DNA from: a virus | Lineage: Duplodnaviria > Caudoviricetes | Direction: 5' to 3' (one strand) | Length of the DNA: 32,205 nucleotides | IMG/VR virus record: IMGVR_UViG_3300008255_000317 | Coordinates: 1-32,205 of that record | In this document: piece by piece, positions 9,122-17,950 of the stretch | Layout: each line of letters opens with the position of its first letter | Numbering within the stretch: position 1 is the stretch's first letter | The notes under the pieces: model-generated | The model's input: the letters and a program-made list of their open reading frames with translations, nothing else | Database searches by the model: none | What the model was told of the DNA's origin: nothing | Program-made: the position numbers and the translations under genes

Positions 9122-9123
9122 GT

Positions 9124-10839
9124 CTATGCTCCCGGTAGTGTGACGAAGGCGTTGGTATCGTCCTCGTCGACAATGCCATCCCCGTCGCCGTCGCGCTGTT
9201 GCTGCGGCTGGGATGGGCTGTTGTTCTTGTTCGTGCCCTCGTCGGGATCGATCGTGCCTTCGTCCTCTTCGGCGCCGGGTGTGCCAGGCGCCAGCGGGTC
9301 GAGGATGAAATCTCGCTCTTCGGCCATCGCGCGTTCGTTCTGGATCTCGTCGAACACGTCTTCGATGTCGCGGCCGCGCTGGGCGATGATCTCTTCGCGG
9401 CTTTCGATGCGCGCCTCGAGCAACATCTTGGACGCCTTCGCTTCCTTCTCCGGATCGATCTGCGGGAAGCCGGGGCCGGTCCACAGACACGCGGTCCACG
9501 CTGCGCGATACTCGTCGAAATCAGGCACGCCCGCCGGCAATTCCAGCCGACCCTTCTTCCACGCCTCTTCAATGACGGCGCCGTAGATCAGCGACAGGAC
9601 ATGCTGCCCGAACCAGAAGCGCAGGCGCATGATGCCCTGCCAGATGTCGAGCAACGCAGCGCGCGCGGCCGAATAGTTCGCGTCGGAGAAATTCTTCGCG
9701 ATCTGTTCGAAGCTGATGCCGACGCTCGAAGCGAAACCGCGCAGGAAGCCGTTGCGGAAGACCGAAGGATCCTGAATGGCGCGGTTCACGGCACTCATTT
9801 TGATCTGATCGCCGGGCGGCATAACCGGAATGCGCGAGCCGCCGACGCGCATCTTGACGCCGTTGTAGTAGCCCAGCTTCTTTTCGAACAAGCCCCAGCT
9901 ATCGGTAATCGCATCGGGCAGCGGGGCGTTGAGGTTCTGCGCAACCGACCGCGTAGAGCCTTCCGATTGGATGTATGTGGCGAGCACCTGGTTGATCGTG
10001 GCCGCGCCGAGATAGGCGTCGTCGAATTTGTCGAGCATGCCCGCTTGCTTCAGGATCGTCACCAGCGTCGACACGCCGCGGATCTGGCCGGCGCGCGTCT
10101 TCACGAACCAGTTGAAGCCGACCGGCCGGCCGGTATCGGTCTCGCGCGGAACCATCTCGAAATCCATGTCCGACGGGTTCGTCAGCGTTTCGGACGGGTG
10201 CTTCTTGCGGACGAAGGTGCCGACACGGCGCCCCCAGCGATCGAAGATGAAACCGTCGCGGACGTTGGGATTGTCGACCTTGTTGCTCGGCGTCTCGATG
10301 CGATCCGGATCGTAGACTTCGACGAAGGTGGCCCAGCGGTGGCGGTAGGCTTTCGCGCGATCTTCGTCGTAATGGATTACGCCGGCGCACTCACCGTCCG
10401 GTCCCGAGATCTGGCGAAAGAGCATCCATGCCAGCCCGCCAAAGTCGTAATGCCCTTCGGCGTCTTGCAGAAGGCGGGTGTCGTAGGCCCAATTCTTGAA
10501 TTCACGCTCGAATACCTTGCGGATGCGCGTCTGTTCTTCGGGATCGGTGATGCCAAGCACGTCGAACGACGGCGTGGCGCGGACCATCAGCCGCGGCCCG
10601 ACAACCATGTCCGCCTTGCGATCGAGGCCGCCCCGAATGTGCTCGCTGTAGCGCTCGACATCGCGCGCCGAGCGGACGATGTCGCGGCGCGCCATGCGGC
10701 CTTCCTTGGCCGCCGACATCAGGGGCGGGGTGGAGAAGACCTGGCCGGGGAACGATTCCATGTTCCGGAAGACGCGTCCGCCCATGCTGGCGGCCAGCGT
10801 TTCCTGCGAAGGGAGCGCGAGATCGAGTTCGGCCATCAT
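9124..10839 (-). CDS. Portal protein (lambda gpB family)
   Basis: 571 aa. Motifs RAGQIRGVS, FSDANYSAARAALL and QIDPEKEAKA. Confidence 0.95.
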   Translation of the reverse strand: MMAELDLALPSQETLAASMGGRVFRNMESFPGQVFSTPPLMSAAKEGRMARRDIVRSARDVERYSEHIRGGLDRKADMVVGPRLMVRATPSFDVLGITDPEEQTRIRKVFEREFKNWAYDTRLLQDAEGHYDFGGLAWMLFRQISGPDGECAGVIHYDEDRAKAYRHRWATFVEVYDPDRIETPSNKVDNPNVRDGFIFDRWGRRVGTFVRKKHPSETLTNPSDMDFEMVPRETDTGRPVGFNWFVKTRAGQIRGVSTLVTILKQAGMLDKFDDAYLGAATINQVLATYIQSEGSTRSVAQNLNAPLPDAITDSWGLFEKKLGYYNGVKMRVGGSRIPVMPPGDQIKMSAVNRAIQDPSVFRNGFLRGFASSVGISFEQIAKNFSDANYSAARAALLDIWQGIMRLRFWFGQHVLSLIYGAVIEEAWKKGRLELPAGVPDFDEYRAAWTACLWTGPGFPQIDPEKEAKASKMLLEARIESREEIIAQRGRDIEDVFDEIQNERAMAEERDFILDPLAPGTPGAEEDEGTIDPDEGTNKNNSPSQPQQQRDGDGDGIVDEDDTNAFVTLPGA

Positions 10840-11084
10840 CCAATCTCCACGGGGATCGCGCCACCGCCGTCGCCGACGGGCAAGCCGCGCTCGGTCGCTT
10901 CGGTGTAGAGTTCGCGCAGTTCACGACGCGCTTCGCCGACATTGCCGGCCGTGTATTCGATCCGGCGCCCCTCGCCGGCGACGACGCCCACGCCACCGCC
11001 GATCGCCGCCTTCTTGATCGCAGCGCGATACTCGGCGATCTCGGCGACAAGCTGCTCGTCGGTTAGGTCTGCATACGGCCGCAT
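10836..11084 (-). CDS. gpW-like head-tail joining protein
   Basis: 82 aa between terL and portal, with a GEGRRIEYT motif. Confidence 0.8.
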   Translation of the reverse strand: MRPYADLTDEQLVAEIAEYRAAIKKAAIGGGVGVVAGEGRRIEYTAGNVGEARRELRELYTEATERGLPVGDGGGAIPVEIG

Positions 11085-11093
11085 GATCGCTCC

Positions 11094-13262
11094 CTAGTTC
11101 GTGTCGGCATTGATCTGTGCCAGCCGATCGAAGACGTCTGTCGGCGCTCGTAACACATCGCCAAGTCCCTGTCCCCGTGCTTTAGGCGTCGCCCATTCGG
11201 GAAGCTGGCCTTCCCAATGCTTCGGATTGTCGGCCTTCAGCGCCTCGCGCGCAACCTCGCAAGCGACATAGCCGTCCCACGTCTCGTTCCGGACGCGGTG
11301 CTTCACCCATTCCCCGTTCGTGTAGCGCTCGGCCGTCAGTTCGTAGACGTAGAGCGTCATCATCTTCTGGAAGGCGCGGCGATCGATATTGCTGTCGACA
11401 GGCGGGAGCACGGGGATGTGCATGCGGCCCGGCCCCGGTTCCTCGATCTTCATGCGCGCCGCGATGATCTTCTTGACCTCGCTGACGTTGGGGTAGCGCT
11501 CGTAGACAGGGAGCCATTTCTTGCCGAAATCGTCCAGTTCGACCAGCTTCGACTTGCCATAGGTCTCGCCCTTGTCGGAGCCTTGCATCAGCATCACCTG
11601 ATACGGCTGGACGAGGCGGCCTTCCTGACGCGTCAGCAGCTTCGACAACCATTTGCGGCCGTTGTTCGTCACGCCCGGCTGGCCCGAGTTGTTCACCACC
11701 GTCTTTGCGATCGGCATGAACAGTTCGTCCATCCCCGCTTCCTTGCGCTGGGGGTTCGATTGCAGCGGGTAGCTGGAGGCGATCACCGCCTCTTCGATGA
11801 CGTCCCAATCGTCCAACCGCATCGCCGGATCGATGTCCTCGAAGGCGGTATGCGTGCCGAATGCCGGCCATTGCTTGATCGAGTAGCGATCGATCAGCCA
11901 GCTTTCGCGATTGAGGCTCCAGCCGATGACGACGACTTCGAAGCGATCGCCCTGGACGTCGACGAAGGCGGTCAGGAACATGACGCCGGCGGGGACGGAC
12001 TTCATGGGATAGCCGGACGCGAGGCGCGTTTCGACGATCCGCGGCGGATCGATCTGCTCTTCCGCCTTCGTCGAGCGCGGCGTCTCGCCCAGCTTCTTGA
12101 CCACGACTTCGCGAAAGTGCGTCTCGACGCCCGTCGCGTCCAGCGTCAGCTTGGCGGCGGCCCAATCGCGCGCAGTCTCGTTGAATTTCACGAACGGCGC
12201 CATGAAGGCGTGGATGACGAAACCCATCTGCGCGGCGACGCGCGCCTCGCCCTTGATCGTGCCGTTCGGCAACCATTCCTGGTGCGGCTGGAGCCACCGG
12301 CCGGCGTTCATGATCTCGAGGCGGCGATTGTGCCCGAATTCTTCGCGGCATTCGGGGTTCGGACAGACCAGCCGCACGGCCTTGGCGACATGGTCGAGGA
12401 AAGCGACACGCTCCATCTCTTCGGCAAGGCCCATCAGATCCGGCAGGTTCCACTTCCACCGCGGCCTGTCCTGGTCTTCGGCTTCCACGGCTGGCGAAGC
12501 GGCGTGCCCGCATTCGGGACAACGCGCGAACCAGAGATGCAGCAGGCAATCCTTCAGGATCAGATCGATGCCGCCGTCCGGCCCGGCGTCGGGGTGCGAG
12601 CAAAGGTAGGCTTTGGCGGCCGAGCCGTATTCATCCTGGCGCGACGTCACCAGCGTCATGATCGCGTCGCGGACCTTCTTGACGTAGGCGTCGATCTCGT
12701 CGGCGACGATGACCGGGGCGGACTTGGCGCGAAGCGCCCGCATGGTGGCGACGCGCCACAGGGCGAGGGCGCGGCCGATACGCTTGCGGGCGCGCGCCTT
12801 GTTCCGGCTGTCCTTCCAATCGATGCGCTCGCGAACCTCGTCGTGGAGCATAAGCATCTGCTCGCCGCGCTCGTCGAGATAGTCGTTGAGGCTGTCTTCG
12901 TCCTGCATCAGCCACAAGACGCCCTTCAGCGGTCCATACGTCCAATCGCGCAGAACCATGTTCTCGGCGCTGACGGTCTTCGCCGAGCGCGTGTTGCCCT
13001 TTACGCCGATGACGTTGACGTCGGGATGATCGCAGGCGTCGTTGATGCCGTCCGCGTAGGGCGTCAGCGCCGGATCGTAGGGGAAAGGTTCGCCGCCTGG
13101 ATTGACCATCAGGCGCTTGGTGCGGGCGAATTCGTTGATCGAGATCGCGCGTGCTGGGAGTAGGGAATCAAGCCTTGCGAGAACCGCTTCCGCTGCGTTT
13201 CCGTCGTGCTGGTGCCTTGCGAGGCTTTCGAGCCGGTTTTCGATTTCCAGTGTCGACAGCAT
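11094..13262 (-). CDS. Terminase large subunit (gpA family)
   Basis: 722 aa. LTPY adenine motif, deviant Walker A KGNTRSAKT, Walker B VIVADEID, CPECG/CPNPEC, nuclease LTAFVDVQ and RNETWD. Confidence 0.94.
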   Translation of the reverse strand: MLSTLEIENRLESLARHQHDGNAAEAVLARLDSLLPARAISINEFARTKRLMVNPGGEPFPYDPALTPYADGINDACDHPDVNVIGVKGNTRSAKTVSAENMVLRDWTYGPLKGVLWLMQDEDSLNDYLDERGEQMLMLHDEVRERIDWKDSRNKARARKRIGRALALWRVATMRALRAKSAPVIVADEIDAYVKKVRDAIMTLVTSRQDEYGSAAKAYLCSHPDAGPDGGIDLILKDCLLHLWFARCPECGHAASPAVEAEDQDRPRWKWNLPDLMGLAEEMERVAFLDHVAKAVRLVCPNPECREEFGHNRRLEIMNAGRWLQPHQEWLPNGTIKGEARVAAQMGFVIHAFMAPFVKFNETARDWAAAKLTLDATGVETHFREVVVKKLGETPRSTKAEEQIDPPRIVETRLASGYPMKSVPAGVMFLTAFVDVQGDRFEVVVIGWSLNRESWLIDRYSIKQWPAFGTHTAFEDIDPAMRLDDWDVIEEAVIASSYPLQSNPQRKEAGMDELFMPIAKTVVNNSGQPGVTNNGRKWLSKLLTRQEGRLVQPYQVMLMQGSDKGETYGKSKLVELDDFGKKWLPVYERYPNVSEVKKIIAARMKIEEPGPGRMHIPVLPPVDSNIDRRAFQKMMTLYVYELTAERYTNGEWVKHRVRNETWDGYVACEVAREALKADNPKHWEGQLPEWATPKARGQGLGDVLRAPTDVFDRLAQINADTN

Positions 13263-13860
13263 CGGGAGAAAGCATGCCCTTCAGGTTCTTGTGCGTGCGC
13301 AATAGCAATTCATGAGCGTTGGTGTCGATAAGGGTGCGCGTTTCCGGCTCGAGGCGCCCGTGCGGATCGACGAGATTGGACAGGTTCGAAAGCGTCTCGG
13401 ACACTTCGGAGAAGACCATGCCGACGACGCGCTGGAGTTCGTCGACGCGGACGTAAAGCCCCTGGTCGCGCATCCGCTGCTCGATTTCCGCGGCAAGCTG
13501 GTTGGCCTTCGCCAGTTCGGCGATCGAGAAATTGCCGACCATCTGTTCGGACATCTGGTCCGTGCCGATCAGTTGCCCCAGCCGCTTCGTCTTCGCCGCG
13601 TTGGCGGTCTGGTGGCGCTGAATAAACGAGATCATCGCCTTCAGCGCTTCGCGCGCCGGGTAGAGATGGGCGTTCCCGTCGCGCTCGGCCATGTCGGGGA
13701 AGCCGGCCATCTCCTTCCGCTTCGTGACGAATCGTGGCTTCGTCACGCCCCATAGGGCCGCGCATTCGTCCAGCGAGATCAGCGGCGCCTTCTTCCTGCC
13801 GAGCGCCTTTAGGGCGGCCTCCAGGTCGACGAGGCGTTTGCTGTCAGTCTTGTCCGCCAC
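13168..13860 (-). CDS. Terminase small subunit (Nu1-like)
   Basis: 230 aa, GTG start, N-terminal wHTH (SLDECAALWGVT...GFP) followed by coiled helices. Overlaps terL. Confidence 0.8.
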   Translation of the reverse strand: MADKTDSKRLVDLEAALKALGRKKAPLISLDECAALWGVTKPRFVTKRKEMAGFPDMAERDGNAHLYPAREALKAMISFIQRHQTANAAKTKRLGQLIGTDQMSEQMVGNFSIAELAKANQLAAEIEQRMRDQGLYVRVDELQRVVGMVFSEVSETLSNLSNLVDPHGRLEPETRTLIDTNAHELLLRTHKNLKGMLSPDAVDTGNRKPARKPRKAPARRKRSGSGSRKA

Positions 13861-14368
13861 GCGCGATCCTTGCGAGCCTTTCCAGCCGGTCCCCTTCGAC
13901 GCGCAGCTTCTCCGCGCGCGCCTCGACGAAATCGAAGATGAAGGGCACCAGCCGCTCGGGGAAACTCACCTTGCGGCGCGCCTGTGCCAACGCTTCGACA
14001 ACGAGCGTATAGGGGACTTCCGCCAATTCGACGAGCACTTGGTCGCTGAATTCGCGGCGCGCGGCCGGATCGACGCGCGCCATGGTGAGCGCGATGAAGC
14101 CGCCGATGTCCTGCTCGATCAGCCTGTCGACGGCTTCGTCGTCGGCTTCCGCGAGCGGCTTCGCCTCGTTCCACCAGCCCTCTTCGGCGGCGGCGAGGAC
14201 GTCAGCCGGGATGTCCATCTTGGCGCGGATCTCCGCTTCGTCCTGCCCGTTGGCGAGCATGGCGGAAGCGTTCGCGTGTGCCACGCGTAGCCGCTGCGGC
14301 TGGCCCCAGGACTTCTCCGGTTGTCGGATCGTAATCGCCTTCTGCGGCGTCGCCTGAATATCCGTCAT
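13844..14368 (-). CDS. Putative helicase loader/inhibitor (lambda P or G39P-like)
   Basis: 174 aa, SD GAGGT. LAEVPYTLVVEALAQARRKVSFP pattern. Directly after the initiator. Confidence 0.5.
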   Translation of the reverse strand: MTDIQATPQKAITIRQPEKSWGQPQRLRVAHANASAMLANGQDEAEIRAKMDIPADVLAAAEEGWWNEAKPLAEADDEAVDRLIEQDIGGFIALTMARVDPAARREFSDQVLVELAEVPYTLVVEALAQARRKVSFPERLVPFIFDFVEARAEKLRVEGDRLERLARIARGGQD

Positions 14369-15221
14369 TGATTACCTCGCGAAAAATGTGCGGCTTCAGC
14401 AGCCGAGTGAGGGTGAGACGATAGGGCTTGGAATACCCCTTGCCCGGCTTGGCGCGGCCCGTGAGGAACGCCGATTCCCTGATCTTCTGGAAGACGACGC
14501 GCCAGACGTCGTGAAGGCTCTCGCCGGTCTGCGCGTGCTCCTTCGCCCGCTCGCGCACCAACCGGACCATCGATTCCGTTACCTGTCGACAGCCTCCCAT
14601 GTTGGGATAGTCGGTCTTCAGCTTGTCCCACTCCTGCTTGATGAAAACCGGAAGCGGTGGATCGCCGTCGACGGGCGCGATCGCGCCTGACGGTTCACTG
14701 ACAGGTTCATCTGATGGTTCTATGATAGGATAGGGTGCCACCGTGGCACCGGGTAGCGTCGTCCCTGGCACCGGGGGGGTGCCACCCTGGCGGGGGTGAT
14801 GTGCCACCGTGGCGGGGGTGCCAGGGTGCTCTTCGAACAGATCCGGCTCTTCCCAATCCTCGTATTCCTGGTGCGGGCCGCGTTGCTTGGGAGCGGCTGG
14901 GCGCTCAACGTAGGGCAGCTTCTCGAGGTTGAAGAGATACTGCGATGACGCGTCCGTCCGGCGCCTCACGCGGACCAGACCGAGCACCTGCGCTTGCTTC
15001 AGCGCTCGCTGGACGGAGCGCGTCGACAGGCCGGTCCAGTTCTCGATCGACTTCACGCTCGGCCATGCAAAGCCTTCGCCGTTCGAAAAGTCCGCCAGCG
15101 CCATCAGCGTCCACTTCAGGTTGCGGCCGGATCCTTCGTGCTGTTCGCGGATCGGCTTGACCATTTTGTCGTAATCGGCCGCGGTGCGACAGCTTACGCG
15201 CGTTGTGATTTCGAATGCCAT
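14202..15221 (-). CDS. Replication initiator (lambda O-like, N-terminal HTH)
   Basis: Start moved to 15221 (MAFEITTR). LMALADFSNGEGFAWPSVKSIENWTGLSTRSVQRALKQ is an initiator HTH. Contains internal iterons. Confidence 0.88.
   Translation of the reverse strand: MAFEITTRVSCRTAADYDKMVKPIREQHEGSGRNLKWTLMALADFSNGEGFAWPSVKSIENWTGLSTRSVQRALKQAQVLGLVRVRRRTDASSQYLFNLEKLPYVERPAAPKQRGPHQEYEDWEEPDLFEEHPGTPATVAHHPRQGGTPPVPGTTLPGATVAPYPIIEPSDEPVSEPSGAIAPVDGDPPLPVFIKQEWDKLKTDYPNMGGCRQVTESMVRLVRERAKEHAQTGESLHDVWRVVFQKIRESAFLTGRAKPGKGYSKPYRLTLTRLLKPHIFREVINDGYSGDAAEGDYDPTTGEVLGPAAAATRGTRERFRHARQRAGRSGDPRQDGHPG
14734..14823. repeat. Four iterons at a 22-bp period (putative replication origin)
   Basis: GGTGCCA-CCS-TGGC(A/G) units with TGGC at 14744, 14766, 14788 and 14810. 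Unit 1 is a perfect palindrome and unit 2 has a degenerate left half. An extra half-site lies at 14817. Confidence 0.85.
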
Positions 15222-15237
15222 GGTTGGTGGTCTCTCG

Positions 15238-16689
15238 TCAGAAAAGTAGCGGGTCTGCTGTGTCGTCGAAGGCGTTGTAATCGCCCGATCGGCACGCGGA
15301 GTATTCGGGGTAGAAGCGGGCCGTGCGCGTGCCGACGCGGCCATGCCTGTTCTTCGCGCAGATCAGGTCCAGCTTGTTCCTGGCTGCGAACATTTCGGTT
15401 TCCCATTCTTCGAAGGCGTCGCGCTTGTCCGGCGTCTTGTCGCCGGGCTTGGGGCGCTCCTGCTCGAGATAGTATTCCTCGCGGTAGATGAAGGTGACGC
15501 TGTCGGCGTCCTGCTCGAGATCCCCGCTCTCCTTCAGATCGGACAGGATGGGGCGCTTGTTCTGGCGTTGCTCGACGCCGCGCGATAGCTGCGCGAGGGC
15601 GATCAGGGCGACATCCAGATCCTCGGCCAGTTTCTTCAGCATGCGCGAAACGGCGCTGACGCGGTCGTAGCCTTTCGTCAGCGGCTTCCCGTCGGCGGAA
15701 TGCGCGCCCAGCAGGCCGAGATAGTCGACGACGACGAATTCCAGTTCCCGCCCCTGCGCGGCGAGAAGCGCGCGATGTTGCGCAGCGAGCGAGTAGACGC
15801 GCTTCACGTCGACCGTGCCGGGCGTCAGGAACCGGATCGGCAGCAGCTTTCCGCGCTGCTCGACCTGGTCGACGATCCCCCAGCCGCCATCGGCGAGTTC
15901 GCCCTTCTTCAGCTTTTCGTGCTCGATCCGATGGCCCATCGCGTGCGCGAGATCGGCGGTCGACCGGATGGCCATCTGCTCGGCGCTCATTTCGTGATTG
16001 AAGACGAGACCGGGATGCCCGTTGATCGCGTAACCATAGGCAACTGATGAAGCGAGGCTCGACTTACCCATGCCGGGCCGCCCCGCGAGGATGTTGTAGG
16101 TTCCGCGCTCGAGGTTCAGCAGCGAGTCCCACTCTTCCACCAGCGCATTGCGCATGCCGGCGGCGTCTGGATTGTCTCGGATCTTCTCGGCGCGTTCGCG
16201 CACCAGCCGCGCAAGATCGCCAGCATGAAGCATGACGTCGACAGGCTTGCGCGCCGCGGCGGCCCAGCCGGACGCCTCCACCTTGCCGGTGATCGCGTCG
16301 ACCGGAACGTCCAGATCGTCATGAACGCTGTTCAGCGCTTCGCGCAGGGTTTCGCGCACACCGCGCCGCCCCGCGAGATCGGCAACCTGGTCCGCCAGCG
16401 CATCGATCGCTCCCTTGACGGCTGGCGCTTCGACGAGATCGCCGAGATAGTCGCCATACCGGCAATCACCATCGCTCGCGAACAGGGGGCGCAGCGTCAC
16501 CGCGTCGGCGCGCATGCCCTTTGCTGCAAAGCGGAGCATGGCCGAATAGATCCGGCCGTTGAGCGCGTCGGCAAAGTCATCGGGCTTCACACGATCGGCG
16601 ACGCCGATGATGCGATCGTTGTCGAGCATCAGGCCGCCGAGAAGAGCGGCTTCCGCGGTCGGATTTATGAGGCGATCGTTCGCGTTCAC
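15238..16689 (-). CDS. dnaB: Replicative DNA helicase, DnaB family
   Basis: Motifs ILAGRPGMGKS, VVVDYLGL, LAQLSRGVEQRQNKRPILSDLKESGDLEQDAD and AKNRHG. Confidence 0.96.
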   Translation of the reverse strand: MNANDRLINPTAEAALLGGLMLDNDRIIGVADRVKPDDFADALNGRIYSAMLRFAAKGMRADAVTLRPLFASDGDCRYGDYLGDLVEAPAVKGAIDALADQVADLAGRRGVRETLREALNSVHDDLDVPVDAITGKVEASGWAAAARKPVDVMLHAGDLARLVRERAEKIRDNPDAAGMRNALVEEWDSLLNLERGTYNILAGRPGMGKSSLASSVAYGYAINGHPGLVFNHEMSAEQMAIRSTADLAHAMGHRIEHEKLKKGELADGGWGIVDQVEQRGKLLPIRFLTPGTVDVKRVYSLAAQHRALLAAQGRELEFVVVDYLGLLGAHSADGKPLTKGYDRVSAVSRMLKKLAEDLDVALIALAQLSRGVEQRQNKRPILSDLKESGDLEQDADSVTFIYREEYYLEQERPKPGDKTPDKRDAFEEWETEMFAARNKLDLICAKNRHGRVGTRTARFYPEYSACRSGDYNAFDDTADPLLF

Positions 16690-17345
16690 CGCGCCACCGC
16701 CATTTCAGCGCGCTCGCCGTCGCGGTGAGACCAGCCGAACGACGTCCAGCCGGGACGGGCCGCGCCGGCGAACATATCGAGATAGGGGCCGCTTCCGAAA
16801 TAGCGGGCACGCCGGAAAAATTCGTCGGGCTTGCGACTGTGCGCGCCGACGGGGGCGAAGATGATCTGCCGGATGTCGCGGCGGGCCACCCTGGGGGAAC
16901 CTATGCGGCCGAGAATGACATATTCGGCGTTCTGGCGTGTGGTGAACCCGGTCCCCATGTGGAGATCGCCTTCGAACAGCGCGCTCGGCTCGATGTCGAC
17001 GACGCCAGGGAAGTTCTTCAGCGTCTTGATCCAGACGAAGGCCGTCGACGACGGGCGCACGCCCCAGGCGCGAAAAAGCCGGTTATGGACGCCGGGCGCC
17101 ATCAACGGGCCGGTGATCCACAGCATGATCCACGCGTTCGGCAGCGCGAGCGTCTTGATCGGCAGCTTCTCGAGATGGGGGATGTCCATCGTCGGGTAGT
17201 GGCGCTGGGGGTTGCGGTCGGATTGCGGATTGCTGACGGGCGCGCGCGAGCGAAAGTGCCACGGCGGATCGATCGAGATAACGCCGAAGCGCTCGTCGGG
17301 CAGCGGCGGCAGGGGGAGATTGTCGGCTTTCGGGCTGGCGGTCAT
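16686..17345 (-). CDS. MT-A70 family N6-adenine methyltransferase
   Basis: Start moved to 17345 (ATGA overlap). Motifs IDPPW, HYPTM, FVWIK, GTGFTTRQNAE, HSRKPDEF and LDMFA. Confidence 0.92.
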   Translation of the reverse strand: MTASPKADNLPLPPLPDERFGVISIDPPWHFRSRAPVSNPQSDRNPQRHYPTMDIPHLEKLPIKTLALPNAWIMLWITGPLMAPGVHNRLFRAWGVRPSSTAFVWIKTLKNFPGVVDIEPSALFEGDLHMGTGFTTRQNAEYVILGRIGSPRVARRDIRQIIFAPVGAHSRKPDEFFRRARYFGSGPYLDMFAGAARPGWTSFGWSHRDGERAEMAVAR

Positions 17346-17950
17346 TTCCGCTCCATGGTCTTCATCAACAGGGCGTCGCGCCACGGGCGCGGATGGATGG
17401 CATCGCCAATCTGGCTGATCCCATAGTCGAGGATCCCGCACGCCTCGGCGGCGTCGGCGATGTCCGTGTGCCAGCCGAATTCACCGCAACGCTGGATGGC
17501 CAGTTCTTTCGGATCCTCGCCGGGCAGGTAGGGCCGCCCCTTCAGCGTCTTGTCGCGCTTGAAGCCGGAGCCGCGCCCGATGAAATGAGAGCGCCACGTC
17601 GAGATGTGGACCTTGTAGCACCAGACCATCTTCTGATCGCGCGGCTTCACCTGAAAAGCGAATTTCTCGACCACGCCGCCGAGCGCGATCAGGCGGTAGA
17701 CGGTGTCGATATTGATCTTCGCGTCGATGTGCTGGGCTTCGAAGAACCAATGCGTGATCGGCGATCCCGCGTTCTTCGTCTTCAGGTAGATTTCGCGCAG
17801 GAAGCGCTCGAGCGCGTCCGCGGGACGGCCGACTTCGCCCGGCTGGCCGGGCAGCGTGAACGCGCCGAAGAAAGGGCGTGGCATGCCGACAGCGTGCCAC
17901 GCCCATCCCGTCGTCGTCGCCAGATCAAGGGCGAGGACCGAAGTTTTCAT
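17342..17950 (-). CDS. RuvC-like Holliday junction resolvase
   Basis: VLALDLATTTGWA, FFEAQ, STWRSHFIG and DAAEACGI match the RuvC-like acidic pattern. Confidence 0.75.
   Translation of the reverse strand: MKTSVLALDLATTTGWAWHAVGMPRPFFGAFTLPGQPGEVGRPADALERFLREIYLKTKNAGSPITHWFFEAQHIDAKINIDTVYRLIALGGVVEKFAFQVKPRDQKMVWCYKVHISTWRSHFIGRGSGFKRDKTLKGRPYLPGEDPKELAIQRCGEFGWHTDIADAAEACGILDYGISQIGDAIHPRPWRDALLMKTMERK

Noticed and set aside
9122-9499. N-terminal extensions in the ORF track (protease here; also initiator, MTase, Cro, ASCH, RecT, DUF5131)
   Set aside because: They overlap upstream genes in another frame. Internal ATGs fit SDs, stop-start overlaps and family N-termini better.
313-13163. Long + strand ORFs (313-2175, 2775-4049, 6187-8241, 9199-10908, 11217-13163)
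   Set aside because: Antisense shadows of real - strand genes, caused by GC-rich codon bias. They show no recognisable motifs.
14734-14823. Regularly spaced repeats read as a mini-CRISPR array
   Set aside because: The 22-bp period leaves no real spacers, there are no cas genes, and the location inside an initiator gene fits iterons.
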